The notes under the pieces are model-generated. The model was not told the origin of the DNA. It ran no database searches and saw only the letters and a list, made by a program, of their open reading frames with translations. DNA of 64,000 nt, from positions 840,074 to 904,073 of the forward strand of contig NMRA01000044.1 in the NCBI GenBank assembly GCA_002633005.1, given 5' to 3'. This DNA is from Phoronis australis (taxonomy: Eukaryota; Animalia; Phoronida). The stretch's first letter is position 1. Every line of letters starts with the position of its first letter. Shown here piece after piece: positions 41,834 through 54,611 of the stretch. The translations under genes were made by a program, and so were the position numbers.

Positions 41834-44224
41834 CTGTATGGTAAATATCGAAATTTCAAACAACATGAAAGCATGTTATTAAAGGTATACAAGCCGGTTT
41901 TAGGATTGAAAAACTGGATGTCATTGAGTATGTTACGGCTTCTTGAAGTTATTTGCTTTGACCAGAGTCATAAAACAGGAAAATCTGTTGCTTTTGTGAT
42001 TTTAGTAGAGATAAAAAAATCATCACGTTGGTTTCCAGGTATTCTGCAGGATTAAAGAAATAATTCCGCGTTGTACCTGAGGTGTGCAGGTCACTCAGGA
42101 GGGACCATTGCACTGATCGCCTGGAACCATTTTTATGCTTTATCATGATATAAGATTAACTGAAATGGAGACCTTATCAGTTCGATAAAAATAGTTTTAC
42201 TTAGCTACTTGTTGCACTGGGTTTCAGCTCACCAGCAAAGCAACTAGGACAGTGACCGCCAAGGTCGTAGGTTCGAATCTGTCTCAGGGATGATCTCCCA
42301 TTGAAAACATTGTCACTGATAATATGACATTAAAGGGCTTATGAGCAACAAACCACACGTTCTCATAAGTAATCCCATTTTCATCATACCTTCTTAAAGA
42401 GTATTTCCTGCCAAATAACCGTAAGGTCTAAACATGGAAAATATGAACTAGGTTGATTAGCTCTTACTAACAAATGAGTTTCAAAATTTCCCTTGTCATG
42501 GCAGGAAATGATTCTAACCAATAAAACGAGTTAATGGGGCTCCACACTGAAAGTCACAAAGTAGTTGTTGTTGTTAAATCACGTTCACTGATTCATGAAA
42601 CATTTGAATTGTCAGTTTTGATGCCTGAAAACAGATTACTTGATTTGAAAAATGTTGATTTTGAGTTCCACATTTATTACTAAAGCGTTGAATAACCGAG
42701 CAAAGTTCACAATGACGTCATACCAAACATGATAATAGCAAGCGCATGTGCCATCAGCATACGGCATTAAAGAAAAAAATAACAGACTGATGTAACTTTG
42801 TGTGTAATAATCAAATTGATAAAATTTATTGTACTTAAAATTTAAGAAGAAACATTCACTTTCATTTTCAATAAGAATATGTAAACTAGGAAATATTATT
42901 AAAGCCGTTGAAACTTGAAAATGACATGGTACAATGAAATTATACCACTTTCAAAAAATTTCAATTATTAACTCAATCAGAAGTGGCTTTTCAGTAACCC
43001 ATTGAAATTTCACATTTTTGGAGGTTCCTCTGCTTAGGAGAGTGTAATGGAAAAACTAATTTTGTGAACCCCAGACGTTTTCAAGATTTCTAGTAGGCAA
43101 AGACCAACTACAAAACATGATTTTTTTTAAAAAGCTATGTCAAACTCCCAAAGAGATCACCTATGATTAATAACCTCGAAGTGATTAGCCAATATTATCA
43201 AAATTCATTGCATTTTGGCATTTTTACTGGTCCACAACTTAGAATTGCCAGCACGGGAATGGAAAGTATTTTCTCTCATGTATGGAAAGGTTTGACACAT
43301 ACATTTGAGTTCAGTCAGTGTAAACTGCCTAATAATATGCATTTTATGTGGTCACTACGGAGGAACCTAGCGTATTGAACCATCACCAAAATTTTCTATA
43401 AACACCCAACTTAAGCGTAATCCAAGGAAATTTCAATAACAAATAACAGTAGGCTAAATGGTTACTCTCCTTTGTAGATCACTCAAGTGAACCACAAATG
43501 TTTTCCATGACAACGGCAAATTAACAACCCGGCAGTCAGGCAGTGTTTATGAGTGTCACAAGCACTATTAAGCACTATATTGGCAACAGCGTTGTAATGT
43601 TCAAAGTGATTAATCACAGCGTAGGTCTGTCAGTTAGTTTATCTCAAAAAAGCACTGATTTGCCAACTCTCCAACAGTGGCACGATATAGGGTATAGTGA
43701 AAACGCGCATTTTAAAATGTGTCGATTATTCAGAGTGAAATTGACACATTTCGTTTCACGACCAAAACCCACGCAAACTTCCTAATCATGCGCGGAGAAA
43801 CAAAAGTCCGCAAACCTCCAACCTGTTCCGGCTAAAAAAACAGATTCATACTCTGCTATGGTCTCTAAGAAATCAAAAATGTGGAAAATAAGTTAACATA
43901 TCAATAATTTTGGTCATACCGTTTGAAAGAGGGCATATACCTAGTGGAATAACCAAGCAGTACTACCACTAAATCTACACCCCTCATCACAGAGGTCCAC
44001 TAAGAGAGAACAACTCAACCACCTTGGTACGCATATTTATGCAAAAATTCACATGAAATGGTCATCATCTAGAGTAAATAACACAAACCATAACACACAT
44101 GACATCATATTTCCTAGCGCGAGCAGTGTTAAAAATGGCCAGTTGCCGATTTGGGCAAATGAATGCATAAGACGTCTGCTCGTTTCATTACTGAGAACTT
44201 ATGTTCGCGTTGGAAGGAATTAAT

Positions 44225-44545
44225 TTCATCGACGGCCTAAGGTGTCTCTCTATGCGCAAAAGGTACTTATAACAGTCCGAGACATAATTCGTTGAAAAGG
44301 TTCTGGCATATGAAGCGCTTATAGCTTCAACGTCTCAGTCTAAGTCTAAGAACAATAGAGACGGTGGTCACTGTCTACGCGGCCTCATAAAGTTCCCTTT
44401 ATGTGCAAAAGGTGCTTGTAGCAACATGACTTTGTTGGATAAATCAGTGTGAGGCACAATTAGCCATAGCCGAAAACCCTCTGGCGAACGAAGGGCCTGG
44501 CTGTGGAATGGCCACAGTCTTTACTACCAGTTGAGACGGCGGTAA
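44225..44545. repeat. Degenerate tandem duplication (150-170 bp) in TTC36 intron 1
   Basis: TATG.GCAAAAGGT.CTT.TA, GAG.CA.AATT and GAGACGG.GGT each occur twice in the same order. Confidence 0.6.
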
Positions 44546-44686
44546 AGTTACTTTAACTAGTCTAAAGTTTAGACCGAGGGCGAGGTTAGTGATCGCTCGA
44601 CTCTTGAGTCACTTCTTAGACAGAATCTCAAGACACGCAATAAGTTTAGTTACTATTTTTGAGCACACAGTCTGTTCATGATGTAC

Positions 44687-44792
44687 CTGGAATGGAATCG
44701 CTCTTCGTTGACAACACTGTGTCACCACTATTAGGTAGGAGCGGATTAAATATGCGATCTAGAACCGCGCTGTCGTGGTCACCAACTTCCAT
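44687..44792 (-). CDS. TTC36: TTC36 exon 1 (start)
   Basis: AAACATGG start context. Encodes MEVGDHDSAVLDRIFNPLLPNSGDTVLSTKSDSIP, with the TTC36 DxAVLxxIFNP motif. Phase-1 donor CAG|GTAC. The full CDS is 546 nt (181 aa). Confidence 0.92.
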
Positions 44793-44900
44793 GTTTGTTT
44801 TGGGCTCTTGGAAAGCGACATCTATTGGATGCGACCAATTGCGTCCTGGACTGAATGATTGGCCGAGTCACGGCCTGTTGCGCCATGTAGTTTTTACAGT
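44793..44900 (-). promoter_or_regulatory. Putative TTC36 promoter
   Basis: CpG-rich, with several CCAAT/ATTGG boxes (near 44824, 44835, 44858) and a YY1-like GCGCCATGT near 44880, immediately upstream of the ATG. Confidence 0.5.
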
Positions 44901-46657
44901 CAAAAGCGCCTGTATCCTGCTGGTTCTCAGTGTTTAGTTCAGAGAATGGTACAAAGTATTTTCGAAAATAGTCCCATAGGCGGATATTTGGAAATCGCCG
45001 ACCTTTCAAAAACGTCCAATAACGGTATTTTCGAAAAAGGGGGAGTATTTTCGCCAAACCCGTGTTACTGCCTTGGGATGGAATACCGACGGCTATTTGC
45101 CAACACTGAATTAAGTCACCCAATATCTTGTCAAAGGACAGTCAGTTGTGAAATCGCGACCAGAAAATATAATGTCTTGTCAAAATAAAAAATACATCAA
45201 AATGATACGCATTTCAGAATAATCCATCAGATTTTTCAAAACATGCAGTTATCGAAACGCTTGAGCGTACTTTTAGGTGGGTCTATTTTCGGATGTTCTC
45301 AGTAGTATTTTTTTACGCGGAGGGCGGGGTAATATAGCCGTATTAAATTTGGCGCTCGTGAGTTTGACAATTAATATGGCTTACATTTTAACGAAGCCCA
45401 ATTTGTTATATACGGTACATCGAAACGAATCACTATTTTTGTTTGGTGCCGGTACAAAAAACTCCTAAGTCGCGTGTTCTATTTTCTAACAATAATCGCG
45501 AAAAAAATGTTTAGTGTCTCCAAATAAAACTCCCAATCAAATGGCAATGTTTGCATATTGTCGGAACACCAATGGACAAATCGTGGATCTGCGGCTACAC
45601 TATAGTAATTTGATGGAATTTCGCCTGGGTTCCGCACATCACACGGCATTTGAAATGCACTAGCGTGCGTGTCATGCCAAGAATTGTATGATGCCGCTTG
45701 GCTTACTTCAAAATCCAACTCTGCCTGGTGATTTGGTAGTTGGGCCATTTATGTTGCACATCCAGCAGAATTAATGACGAACATATTATTGCAGCATAAA
45801 ACAAACATTTTAAGATGTAAAGTCACATTTCTTGTGCAATAATTTTCAAAATTCAAAAACCTAATCACGTGTGATTTTCACAAACTATTCATGAATATGC
45901 TATTTACAAACTTTCAAAACGAAAATTTTTGGGCCTCCAAAACTGCGGTAACGCGAAAATGCATGACTCACGATCGAGAATGACGTACGCATAGAGACTA
46001 TGAAATCCCCTGCATTTGCAATTTTCTGCTTACTAAAATACTGCCAACTACATAAAATGGCATTCGTTCTTGAGACAGGACATCATAGTACTTTTTTGAT
46101 CACAGATATCGTTTCTCTACATTTCACTCCGTACTTCGATCGATCAGTCTAATTACGTGCGTATGTGTGCTGATTTCAAAATGTCCGAACTTAGTTCTCA
46201 ATACATTTTTGCTTTGAAGCAGAAAACATACGACGCACTGAAGTATTTTCCTACGAGTCATAATTTATGTTCTCAACTCAATTTACCGATGCACGGGTAC
46301 ATTTTGGTTCTAGTAGAAGGACTAGTCCGTCAGTCCTGTACGTAGATACAGTCACCTAGGTGCCGCAATAACTCGGTTTGTCGGCCTTCGTCCACCTTAT
46401 ACAGCTAGTGTTATGAAAGCGCCGATGCCCGTATCAGGGTATGCAGAGAAAGGTGAGCGCCTGAAAAAGGTGCTGGTGTACTGCGTCTACATTCCACTAC
46501 ACCACTGCTTGCAAAGCTCGGGCAGAGAGGTTAGCAACATGGCGCCAAGTGAAGTGGGAAAAATATCCACCTTCGTCTCATCTCGAAAAACATCTATCGC
46601 TTTTTATAAGTGCCGTCTGTACTCGTCTGCTCTTGTATTTTCATTTTAAGTTATAGC

Positions 46658-46866
46658 CATGCGCGTACCCAGGGAGGCTCGGGGGGCTCGAACGAGCTCC
46701 CCCCATTTAGGAAGTGGGCAAAAAGGTCCGCCTCAGAGAAACAAAAAGTCCACTAAAAAGGTGCAGACGCATTCCGTTTTTTAAGTCCTCACGCTTTTTT
46801 GGCAGCAAAATGTCCACCTCGCCAGAGATTCGAGCCCCCCACATTAAAAGGCTGGGTGCGCGAATG
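46658..46866. mobile_element. MITE with TIR CATGCGCGTACCCAG and 5-bp TSD ATAGC
   Basis: Homologous to 27795..28018. ATAGC lies at 46653-46657 and 46867-46871. Confidence 0.85.
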
Positions 46867-48688
46867 ATAGCACATGCATTTCACACGCCAAGGATTTTAA
46901 TGCGGACATGACATTCATAGTTTCTTTTTAATTGACCTATCGCCAGCCAGGATTTTGAGTGACGGCTTAACTGACCAATCAGAACACAGCATTCTTGACA
47001 CACCTTCATTTCCGAGCCGCCATTTTACCCGACAAACAACACGGTGTGGGGTAAAACTTATTGTTTGTTGGGCGACATTTCGCAACTGGCAGAGCTTGCG
47101 ATAGGTTATTTAGCTTGTCCAGAACTAAATAGATCAGTTTGTTCTAATATCTTCATGATGATAGTGTTCACGCAACAACCATTGCATAGTTTTTGTTTCA
47201 AAGCCAGGACCAGAAGTGAAGAAAGAGCTTAATATGGGAATATCTATTTATTTTGTAGAATACAACTGTAATATACACATCACAGTTAACTGGAAAATAT
47301 GCTTTAAAAGCATAGCAAAAAAATAAATAAATTCAAAAATGTACAGTGTGATTGTCAAAGGATATAAATATTTGCCTAGTTTGATCGCACATGATAAAAA
47401 TACATTATGCATCTCGAGTGCTTGTACCCGTAGATCAAGCAACTATACTTACACTCTTAATATTGCAAATTACAAAAATATATACTTATTACGAAAATAA
47501 TTATCACAACAAATGAATTTTGTATGAATGTTTTTGTTATACTTAAAACGTTCATAAATGCATAAAATTTGCTAATGGGTGATAACTAAACTAAAGGAGG
47601 AAAAGTACAATGTCCTGCCTAGACTTTACAATGCGTTTTCCTATAAAGATTAAATCCTGCTTTTCTTATATGGAGAAAAGTAGATGTACCGAACATGAAA
47701 CAGACCACAGGAATTCATACATGCAATCTCTTTACACTACAAAGTAGAGAAATGAATTAAGACTTAAGTTCACTCCTTAGTAAGCTTGGATTCTCAAACT
47801 TCTAGTGTTTAGTTACACAAGTTTTGAAAAACAACAGAACACCAAATCATCAGCTTTCAAACTCAATAGAAATAACATACAGTATAAGCCACAAGTAACC
47901 TGACAAAATGTCTTGGAATTCCCCGTCACGATGGCTGGCAAAATCCAAATTCACTGTCAGAAAAGTCTCCCCTGATGACTGAGAATGAAGGAGAGTTAAC
48001 AGGAAAGTTAGTAAGGCGCCCCCTGTAATAGTTGCAACCAGCAGCCATCTTTGGTGTTAACAGAAACGGCGGTCATAACCGGAAAAGGTATTTTGTCCGA
48101 TTGCTTTTGTCTTGAACTGTATTTGCAATTGTTGGCATTGTCCGTGGTGTTGAACCACACAGCTAACAAACCAGACTGTATTCATGAATTTTTACATATT
48201 TTGAAAGAAAATGGAGTTTCCTTACGTTAAGACATTCACAAAAGACCAAACACAAAGTTCCAATTCCGTATAATGCAGCTAGTAGAACCACCACAAGGGA
48301 ATACATGTATACTGTGTTAAAGAAACTATGCAAGTTTTGAACTGCACTTTTGTCATGGTTACATAACAAGTTAAGATGGAATCTGTAGAAAATAAAAAAC
48401 TAAACCAATGCCCAGATATAGGGTTTAGTTGCATTCTGGTAATAAAGGAAGTTACAAGAGAAACTAATAAAAACAGTTTGTCAAAATAAGCAAATGAATA
48501 TATTTGAAACCAGCTAAATCAGTGTGTTTTTATCAATATGTTAATTGTTTGTTTTTTTGTAAAAATAAACAGGTAGTGTGCAATTTATTAAAAGAATACG
48601 ACTATGAAGATGTATTAAGATGTACTAATTATTAGAAAGCATGAATGCATGACAAGAGTAGCAAAATTTAAGACATGAAAAAGTTTAA

Positions 48689-49193
48689 GGTTATGTAGGA
48701 CTATCTACAACTGTGTGAGTTTACCCAAATACCTTTATAACTATAGAAATAAACTCTGTAAAAGTATATAGTTTTTGAAAATAGCAGTCAGAAGTTCATT
48801 TTTAACTATTTAATTTACCCTTCACTGGATCATGTGTCCATTTCTTTTTTACTAAAATTTAGCAAAAATAGAAAGATGCACTCCCAGCAAAACAACAAAA
48901 TCAATAACATAACCAAATTTATTTTCTGTAAATGTTCAAGATGAAATCTCAAAAACGTTACTATAGTTTTTTAAGTTATCATTTTCTTTTTGCAACTTTT
49001 GATTTTTTATATCATAAAAGTGCTATTTTTGATAGCCCCTCGTGCAAAGTGAAACATTTTAAAAACATTTCCTTACAAGGTTTTGGTGAGCACTTCACAG
49101 AATGGTATCATGAGAATCTAATAGAAATATTCCTGAGACACTACGTTCCAAATTTCGCCAGATTTGAACCTTTTTCTAAGGTCCTACATAACC
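48689..49193. mobile_element. Non-autonomous Kolobok-like element (505 bp)
   Basis: Perfect 13-bp TIRs GGTTATGTAGGAC and GTCCTACATAACC, with TTAA on both sides. The GG terminus differs from the CCY terminus of piggyBac. Confidence 0.8.
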
Positions 49194-49280
49194 TTAAGGT
49201 GCAAAAGAAGAATTTTGTAAACCAAAGATTCCCCAGTCAGTAATTCCGTCTCAACCCCCCACCCTTGTGTCGCATGTTGA

Positions 49281-49511
49281 CTACCAAACTGTGCCTGTGC
49301 CCAATGGATGTTCCACTACAGACTCATGGATCATTATGAAGAGGGGCACGTAAGTGAGAAAGTCCAGTAAGTCCAAAGCCTGAAGGTGGCGCAGCTTGTG
49401 CCGTACCTCGTTCTCATCAGCTTGTGATATCCCACCCGCCCGCAGCTCCACGCACAGTTGGTTAATGGGAATGTTGTTCGTCTCCGGGTCAACATTGCAC
49501 TCCCATAGTGT
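49281..49511 (-). CDS. Uncharacterised EF-hand-like protein, last exon
   Basis: Encodes TLWECNVDPETNNIPINQLCVELRAGGISQADENEVRHKLRHLQALDLLDFLTYVPLFIMIHESVVEHPLGTGTVW*. Phase-0 acceptor CCCTTTCAG. Confidence 0.88.
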   Translation of the reverse strand, partial: TLWECNVDPETNNIPINQLCVELRAGGISQADENEVRHKLRHLQALDLLDFLTYVPLFIMIHESVVEHPLGTGTVW

Positions 49512-50042
49512 CTGAAAGGGAACCGCACAATTCCGTTTACATCTTGATGACGGTGAATAACATTAAATCTGCCATGCTTCACTTTCTGGGCATACTTGTA
49601 ATCAGCTGCATTTCCGTCAGTCATGAAAGTTGGCCGCTTACGTGTTGTAGACACCATTCAGCCTATTTTGACAAGTACCGCAGCCACATCTCTCATGTAA
49701 TTCCTTCAATTTCCATCTAGTCATATACTAGTCATATATACCCACTGAGTCCCACATCACCCTAGACACGATTTAGTCTGATGATCACTAGGTTAATTAA
49801 GAGCTTTTAGTCATGTTTTAGCCACTTTGAAGCACAGCTTCTTAAAAATTTCTGGTAACATTTTAGTTAAGACGAATTATTTGGTCACAGATTAGTCATA
49901 TTTTAGTTATGCTACACAAAGTTTGACAAGCATCCAGATTTTGCAAAAGGTTGTCAGCTATATTCAAAATGTTCGCATATACAGATGCCATTTCTAGGTC
50001 TTCAAATATCCCTAAACTTTTTTTTCTGCATGGGTACCTCAC

Positions 50043-50112
50043 CTTGCACTTAAACATTTTCATGTCGAGCATTTTGAAATCTATTCGGCCAATCAAGTTC
50101 CTCATCCAAGAA
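50043..50112 (-). CDS. EF-hand-like protein, exon
   Basis: Encodes (D)SWMRNLIGRIDFKMLDMKMFKCK. TTTCAG| ... AAG|GTGAGG, phase 2 to 0. Confidence 0.88.
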
Positions 50113-50356
50113 CTGAAACAAAAAGATATCAATTTCTCAACCAATTAGTGCCGTACATGAAACATATTCAAATCAATATGCATCTCACAAAAAATCACGC
50201 ACAAGGGGCCATATTAATGCAGATGTAGGAAGCATTTCAAAACTTAAACAAATCAGATTCGTGAAACATCCAGAAGCTCGCATATCTTTTATCAACAACA
50301 TTTACATTTTAGTTGGCCACAGCCTACACTTAAATGTCCGCAGGTTGTTGACTTAC

Positions 50357-50451
50357 TCTAGAGAGGCTATCCTCAGAGACAGCGCAGCTATGACCGAGAA
50401 CAGCTTGAAGTCTGCACCATGTTCCACCTTGTAGCCGGTTATTTCTAGTAC
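50357..50451 (-). CDS. EF-hand-like protein, exon
   Basis: Encodes VLEITGYKVEHGADFKLFSVIAALSLRIASL. CTCAG| ... |GTAAGT, phase 0 to 2. Confidence 0.88.
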
Positions 50452-51493
50452 CTGAGGTGATATGACAAAATGAGAAATAGGGATACTAATCAAACAGTCA
50501 GCCCATTACCCAATCTCCAAATTCAGACAGGATTCAATACACTGCAAGATTCGAGTACCAATTTGTAAGTTTACTCAAAGCCCGACATGCACTTGCTTGC
50601 AAAGATTAGACCCTGAGCCCAGATAAAATCCTCCTAAGCTGCAACACAACATTTAGAATAACAGATACTTGAGATGAACGAAATCCACACCTGTCCTTCA
50701 GAGTCCCACACCATCATGAGTTGAATATAATTATCATGTCAACAATAAAAAGACAAAGAAGTATATTATTACACACAGTACTTCTCATGGTTCCCAAGGC
50801 ATAGGGAACTTAAAAATCAGAGGATGGTTGTTAAGTTGAACATTGGCACTTTGAAACAAAAGTTTGGAGAGGCTGGGGGTGAGCACTTAATTGCCCAAAC
50901 AAGTCGAACCAAGATGTGAAGGAGTCAAAGGCGGGTTGCATATACAATGAATAATACAGGTACCACAGTAGGTTCTGCCAAAATTGGCAGTGTACTTGTT
51001 TGTAATGAGAATTCTGATGAAACAGGCATTCACAAAGACACGGGCAGTTGGGGGTGGGAGGTCAATTCATATGCTACTGGTGTTCACCAAGACGTGTGCT
51101 TTCAAGGAAGTTTCAATAATAAAGATATGGAGTGGGCAGTAAGCCAAACATGGGCATTCAACATTTAAATTTTGACAGGTGGGTGGTAGGCCAAACATGG
51201 CAACAACGCGGACGAGTATAGTAAGAATAATTAATTACTTAATTTTAATCTTTAATTCCATTAATTCAAAGCAAGAAATAGTGGAGTAAATTTGACAATG
51301 TGAAATGAAATAAAAGGGAAAATCAAACATAAAAATGGACTTCTTACACGTAGCTAATACTTATACTTGACAAATAAACACCAGCTGTGACTTCAAGGAC
51401 TGGTCAAAGAGGTAGCCTCATAAGACCATAACAAGGCAATGCTATAATGCTTCAGTCGTAGGACTGTCAGCCGACACAATACAGTGTACATAC

Positions 51494-51598
51494 CCTATAG
51501 AGGTACTGCTGCTCAGCATCAGTGAGGCCACGATTGACTCCCTTCATGGCGACCATCAGCTCTTCATGGTTGAGAAAACCTTTCTTGTCTTCATCCAC
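51494..51598 (-). CDS. EF-hand-like protein, EF-hand exon
   Basis: Encodes VDEDKKGFLNHEELMVAMKGVNRGLTDAEQQYLYR. The loop DEDKKGFLNHEE has D1, D3, G6 and E12. 105 nt, phase 0-0. Confidence 0.9.
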
Positions 51599-52007
51599 CT
51601 TTGGAAAAACAAATCCGCATTCAATTAAGGTATGCTTGGTGCATAATTTCTTTTGAATTTACATACCCAAGTATGTAATTTCCTTTTAGGAGTGTCCAGC
51701 TTAAACTTCTTTGATTCTAGTAAGCATGTGCTTAGACCATTTCAGATAGGACTTTTGGGAAAACAAAAAAAGCAAAGATATTGAAAAAATAAACTACAAA
51801 TACAACACTCATCGCCGCATTATTTTTCAAAGAAAATCACATTTGATAACTAAGCTGCTTATTTATCTAGGTACAACAAATATTAATAACAGTTGAATAC
51901 CGAAAGGATTTCCAAAGTAAAACTAAATGTCCTTGTGCCCGACCAACTTTAGGCAACTTCTAATGACACAAAATCAGTCTCAGGATGAAACCATAAACCC
52001 AGCTTAC

Positions 52008-52078
52008 CGCATCAAAAGCCTTTCTAAACATCTCACGGTTGGCTTTGTTGAATATACAGTATTTATTGAGAAAGCCAT
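52008..52078 (-). CDS. EF-hand-like protein, exon
   Basis: Encodes (Y)GFLNKYCIFNKANREMFRKAFDA, the entering helix of the EF-hand. TTTTCAG| ... |GTAAGC, phase 1 to 0. Confidence 0.88.
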
Positions 52079-52945
52079 CTGAAAACCAAAACATCACAAA
52101 TGTGAAAATTACCTCTCCGCATCTCACTCTGTTTCAAATTGCGCTAATGAAAAGAAACATTAGTTTTGGTAGTTTCAGTTCAATAGGCGCATGGTTAAGG
52201 CAAAACAAAAAAGATGGGTCAGATTGTAGTCTCAGTATACATCGACGACAACATGTTCCCAAGACACTTAGGACCCCGGAAAGCAGAGTGAACTGATGAG
52301 GCTACCCTCAATGTAAATATTACATTAATAAATATTAATTAAGTAAATAAATTTCTTTTTATTTTCTTGTGAAAACACCTCTACTAATATAACAGTACGT
52401 CACTCAAATTGGTCCTGATTTTAACGAGCAAGAAAAATGGATGGAGAGTTTTCAAACACTAAAACCAAGTTATAGGAGCTAATCTCAATCAAAATCATGG
52501 TGCATTAGAATTATTATGCACACAATTTGAAAATAATACTTTGTAAATATGCTTAATACTATATAAAGAGCATTACGTACATATTACAAAATTACATCAT
52601 TCGTTATTTCCATATGCCATTTTATAAAGCAAAATATACTGCGAATTACTTCAGGATATCTGAAATCAAATTAAACAAACTTTTGTAAAAAATGAAAATT
52701 AAAATTAACATAATTCTTATTGAACGACACCATTAACAATCTCAGTTCTCTAAGAGAACACTCCTACTCATAAAGTACTTCATTCAATTTGGTGCTCGTC
52801 TGATTTCACATTGAACAATCATTTTCTAAAAATAAAAATTCCCAGAAATGGTGTTTTACCATTGCAGAAGTTTAGCTCCTATAAAAGATATTGAAAAAAT
52901 GTTAAACACTAATTAAACAGGTTAAATCCCATAAACAAAACTTAC

Positions 52946-53099
52946 AGTCGTCAAATGACGCTGAGCGTTCCCTTTGCACATCAGATTTTGCCCTCACTTT
53001 CTTGCCCTTTGTCTTATTGAAAGCCATCTGAGCCTTCCTCCGTCGCTCTTCTGCTCGCTCTAGCCGAAGCATGTCATCATGAACGGACTTGTCGATTTT
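52946..53099 (-). CDS. EF-hand-like protein, exon (charged helix)
   Basis: Encodes KIDKSVHDDMLRLERAEERRRKAQMAFNKTKGKKVRAKSDVQRERSASFDD. CTTCAG| ... |GTAAGT, phase 0 to 1. Confidence 0.88.
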
Positions 53100-53839
53100 C
53101 TGAAGGAACGTAAATAAAAGTGAGTATTTTGTTGAATAGGTGGCAAAAGGTGCTGCCTAGATGCACAGAGGACAACAGGGATGGCCAGCTGCTCGACGAA
53201 GCGGATCCTTCTTCAATCATCCGGAGCCGTTCAGTCATTCTGGAGATGTACAGCTGAATCTCATTCAACAAAATATTTCTTAACAGTTCTGCAGCAGGAT
53301 AATAAAGATGCATTGAACTCCTTATACTTTTGATTAAACAACACGACTAAATAAAAAAAGAAGTAATATTTAAAAGCCAGTGAGATGGAAGATCTACGTC
53401 ATTGTTTAAATGCATTGTGGACAACCAGTGACATCATTGATAACTTGTGTTGTCCGACAACGCTCGTTACTTGAGTGTGGCAGTACTGAAAGCATGAGTT
53501 CACAGCAACATGCAACAAAGCAACCATCAAATAAAAAAGAGATTTTGAAAGCAAGCCTCATAGTTCAAGACAAAATTAATACACAAACATTAGCGAATCT
53601 TTTGACTGAAAAATTTTCGAGGCAAGAGAAGACAACTGTCCATACTGTATCAAAAACACAACAGCAACACTGTAGATGAAATCACTCCGAATTTACACCA
53701 CTTAAAAGTATCTGACTTTGTTAGGAAGGGTCACATTTCTGCTAAAACATAATTCTTAAATTATGAAACCATGTATCCAATTCCTGAAAATCATAGAAAC
53801 TTAGAGATGTTGGAATGTCATGCAGTTACTGACGAATAA

Positions 53840-53999
53840 ATAGCAAAACTAGTAAAACTAAAACAGGCAAAACTAGTAAAACTAAAACAGACAGGTCTGT
53901 AGCACACCTTTGACAAAGAGCGCATCGCTCAAAACATGGGGAAATTTTAATATACCTTAATATCGACGCTCGTCGTTTTAGTTTTACTAGTTTTACTAT
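53840..53999. repeat. Inverted repeat (about 26-bp arms) with a tandem duplication of the left arm
   Basis: AAAACTAGTAAAACTAAAAC occurs twice, followed by the inverse GTTTTAGTTTTACTAGTTTT. Probably a transposon relic. Confidence 0.7.
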
Positions 54000-54372
54000 T
54001 TTATAGAAAATTAGCATATGCACAAAAATAATACCTGAAAATTTGTAGATGTAACTTTGATGGACTTATTAAGTTTTTGCGCGAAACTTGCAAATTCAGT
54101 TCATTCATTACAAAAGCTAGACATTTTCTTGGTGAATGGAACTGTCAAACATGAAGACATCAGATTTTTCCACAGATAGCCTTTTGAATCAGCTTGTTCT
54201 TTTTCAAGAGAATTAGAATTTCGAATTTTAAACTAATTTTTGTGGGATTGACTTTTTTGATTTTGGGTCAGAGCATCCATTCAGCTCCCACTAGCACCTA
54301 TTTCATTGCAAGCAGCGTAATAACAACAACCTTGGTGTACCTGGTGTAGCTGTTGTACCCCGGGGCACTTAC

Positions 54373-54611
54373 CTTTTCACCCCATCGTTTCAATCGCTCA
54401 TTGAGCTGTGACTCTGTCTCCGAGAGGACCGAGCCAGATAGGTCCGGACTAGGAGTTCGCCTTGTTGCCTGGCTGTCTGATGTGGGAGATTCTGGGGACG
54501 GACTGTCAGGGGGCGCTACAGTCAACATAGACGAGTCATCAGCAACAGGTGGTGGTGTAGGTGGCGGTGGAGTGACAGCGGGAACATCGAGTGGAGCGTG
54601 TTCAGACAAAA
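54373..54611 (-). CDS. EF-hand-like protein, Pro/Ser-rich exon
   Basis: Encodes (V)LSEHAPLDVPAVTPPPPTPPP...LNERLKRWGEK. CCTTTCAG| ... AAG|GTAAGT, phase 1 to 0. Confidence 0.88.

Noticed and set aside
45479-45748. 89-aa minus-strand ORF upstream of TTC36
   Set aside because: No recognisable motif or supported splicing, and its length is within the chance range.
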